IMG/VR virus record: IMGVR_UViG_3300045988_183931
Span: 6,965 to 70,964 of that record
From: a virus
DNA: 64,000 nt
Strand: one strand, 5' to 3'
Made by a program: the position numbers and the translations under genes. Shown in pieces: positions 63,992 to 64,000 of the stretch. The notes beneath the pieces were generated by a model. That model was given only the letters and a program-made list of their open reading frames with translations. It made no database searches and was not told where the DNA came from. The first letter of the stretch is position 1, and the number at the start of each line of letters is the position of its first letter.

Positions 63992-64000
63992 TGAGGATTC

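Overview
The window looks like accessory or mobile DNA from a Gram-positive, Clostridia-like host. I infer this from AAAGGAG-type RBSs, TTGACA/TATAAT promoters and SPKTG/SVQTG sorting signals. Layout: (i) 0.1-2.1 kb holds a TnpB-like gene that appears nuclease-dead and C-terminally truncated, followed by a structured omega-RNA-like element. (ii) 2.4-3.3 kb is a minus-strand tRNA operon (Gly, Thr, Thr, plus tRNA-like elements). (iii) 3.6-27.6 kb is a plus-strand block. It starts with a recG operon, followed by four transcription units that each begin with the same promoter-leader-terminator module. These units carry many small ORFs plus recognisable domains: MazF/PemK-like, PD-(D/E)XK-like, ASCH, YopX, a MoxR-like AAA+ ATPase with a vWA/metallopeptidase partner, a Lar-like protein, and an ART-HD fusion. 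(iv) 27.7-31.2 kb is a minus-strand 3-gene operon preceded by further copies of the omega-RNA-like element, a tandem hairpin array and tRNA-Ser. (v) 31.3-42 kb encodes flotillin, a NucA-like nuclease, membrane proteins and lipoproteins, a YdjM-like operon with an SOS box, and a type IA topoisomerase. (vi) 43.2-44.6 kb is a low-GC 2-gene island. (vii) 44.8-64 kb holds two giant thioester-domain, sortase-anchored adhesins. No integrase, relaxase, T4SS, capsid or tail genes are visible. Main hypothesis: the dead TnpB is a TldR-like RNA-guided repressor. The 12 nt at its putative guide position (UUCGUAAUUAUA) match the -10/+1 region of all four repeated promoters. All calls come from reading the sequence by eye; no database or folding software was run.
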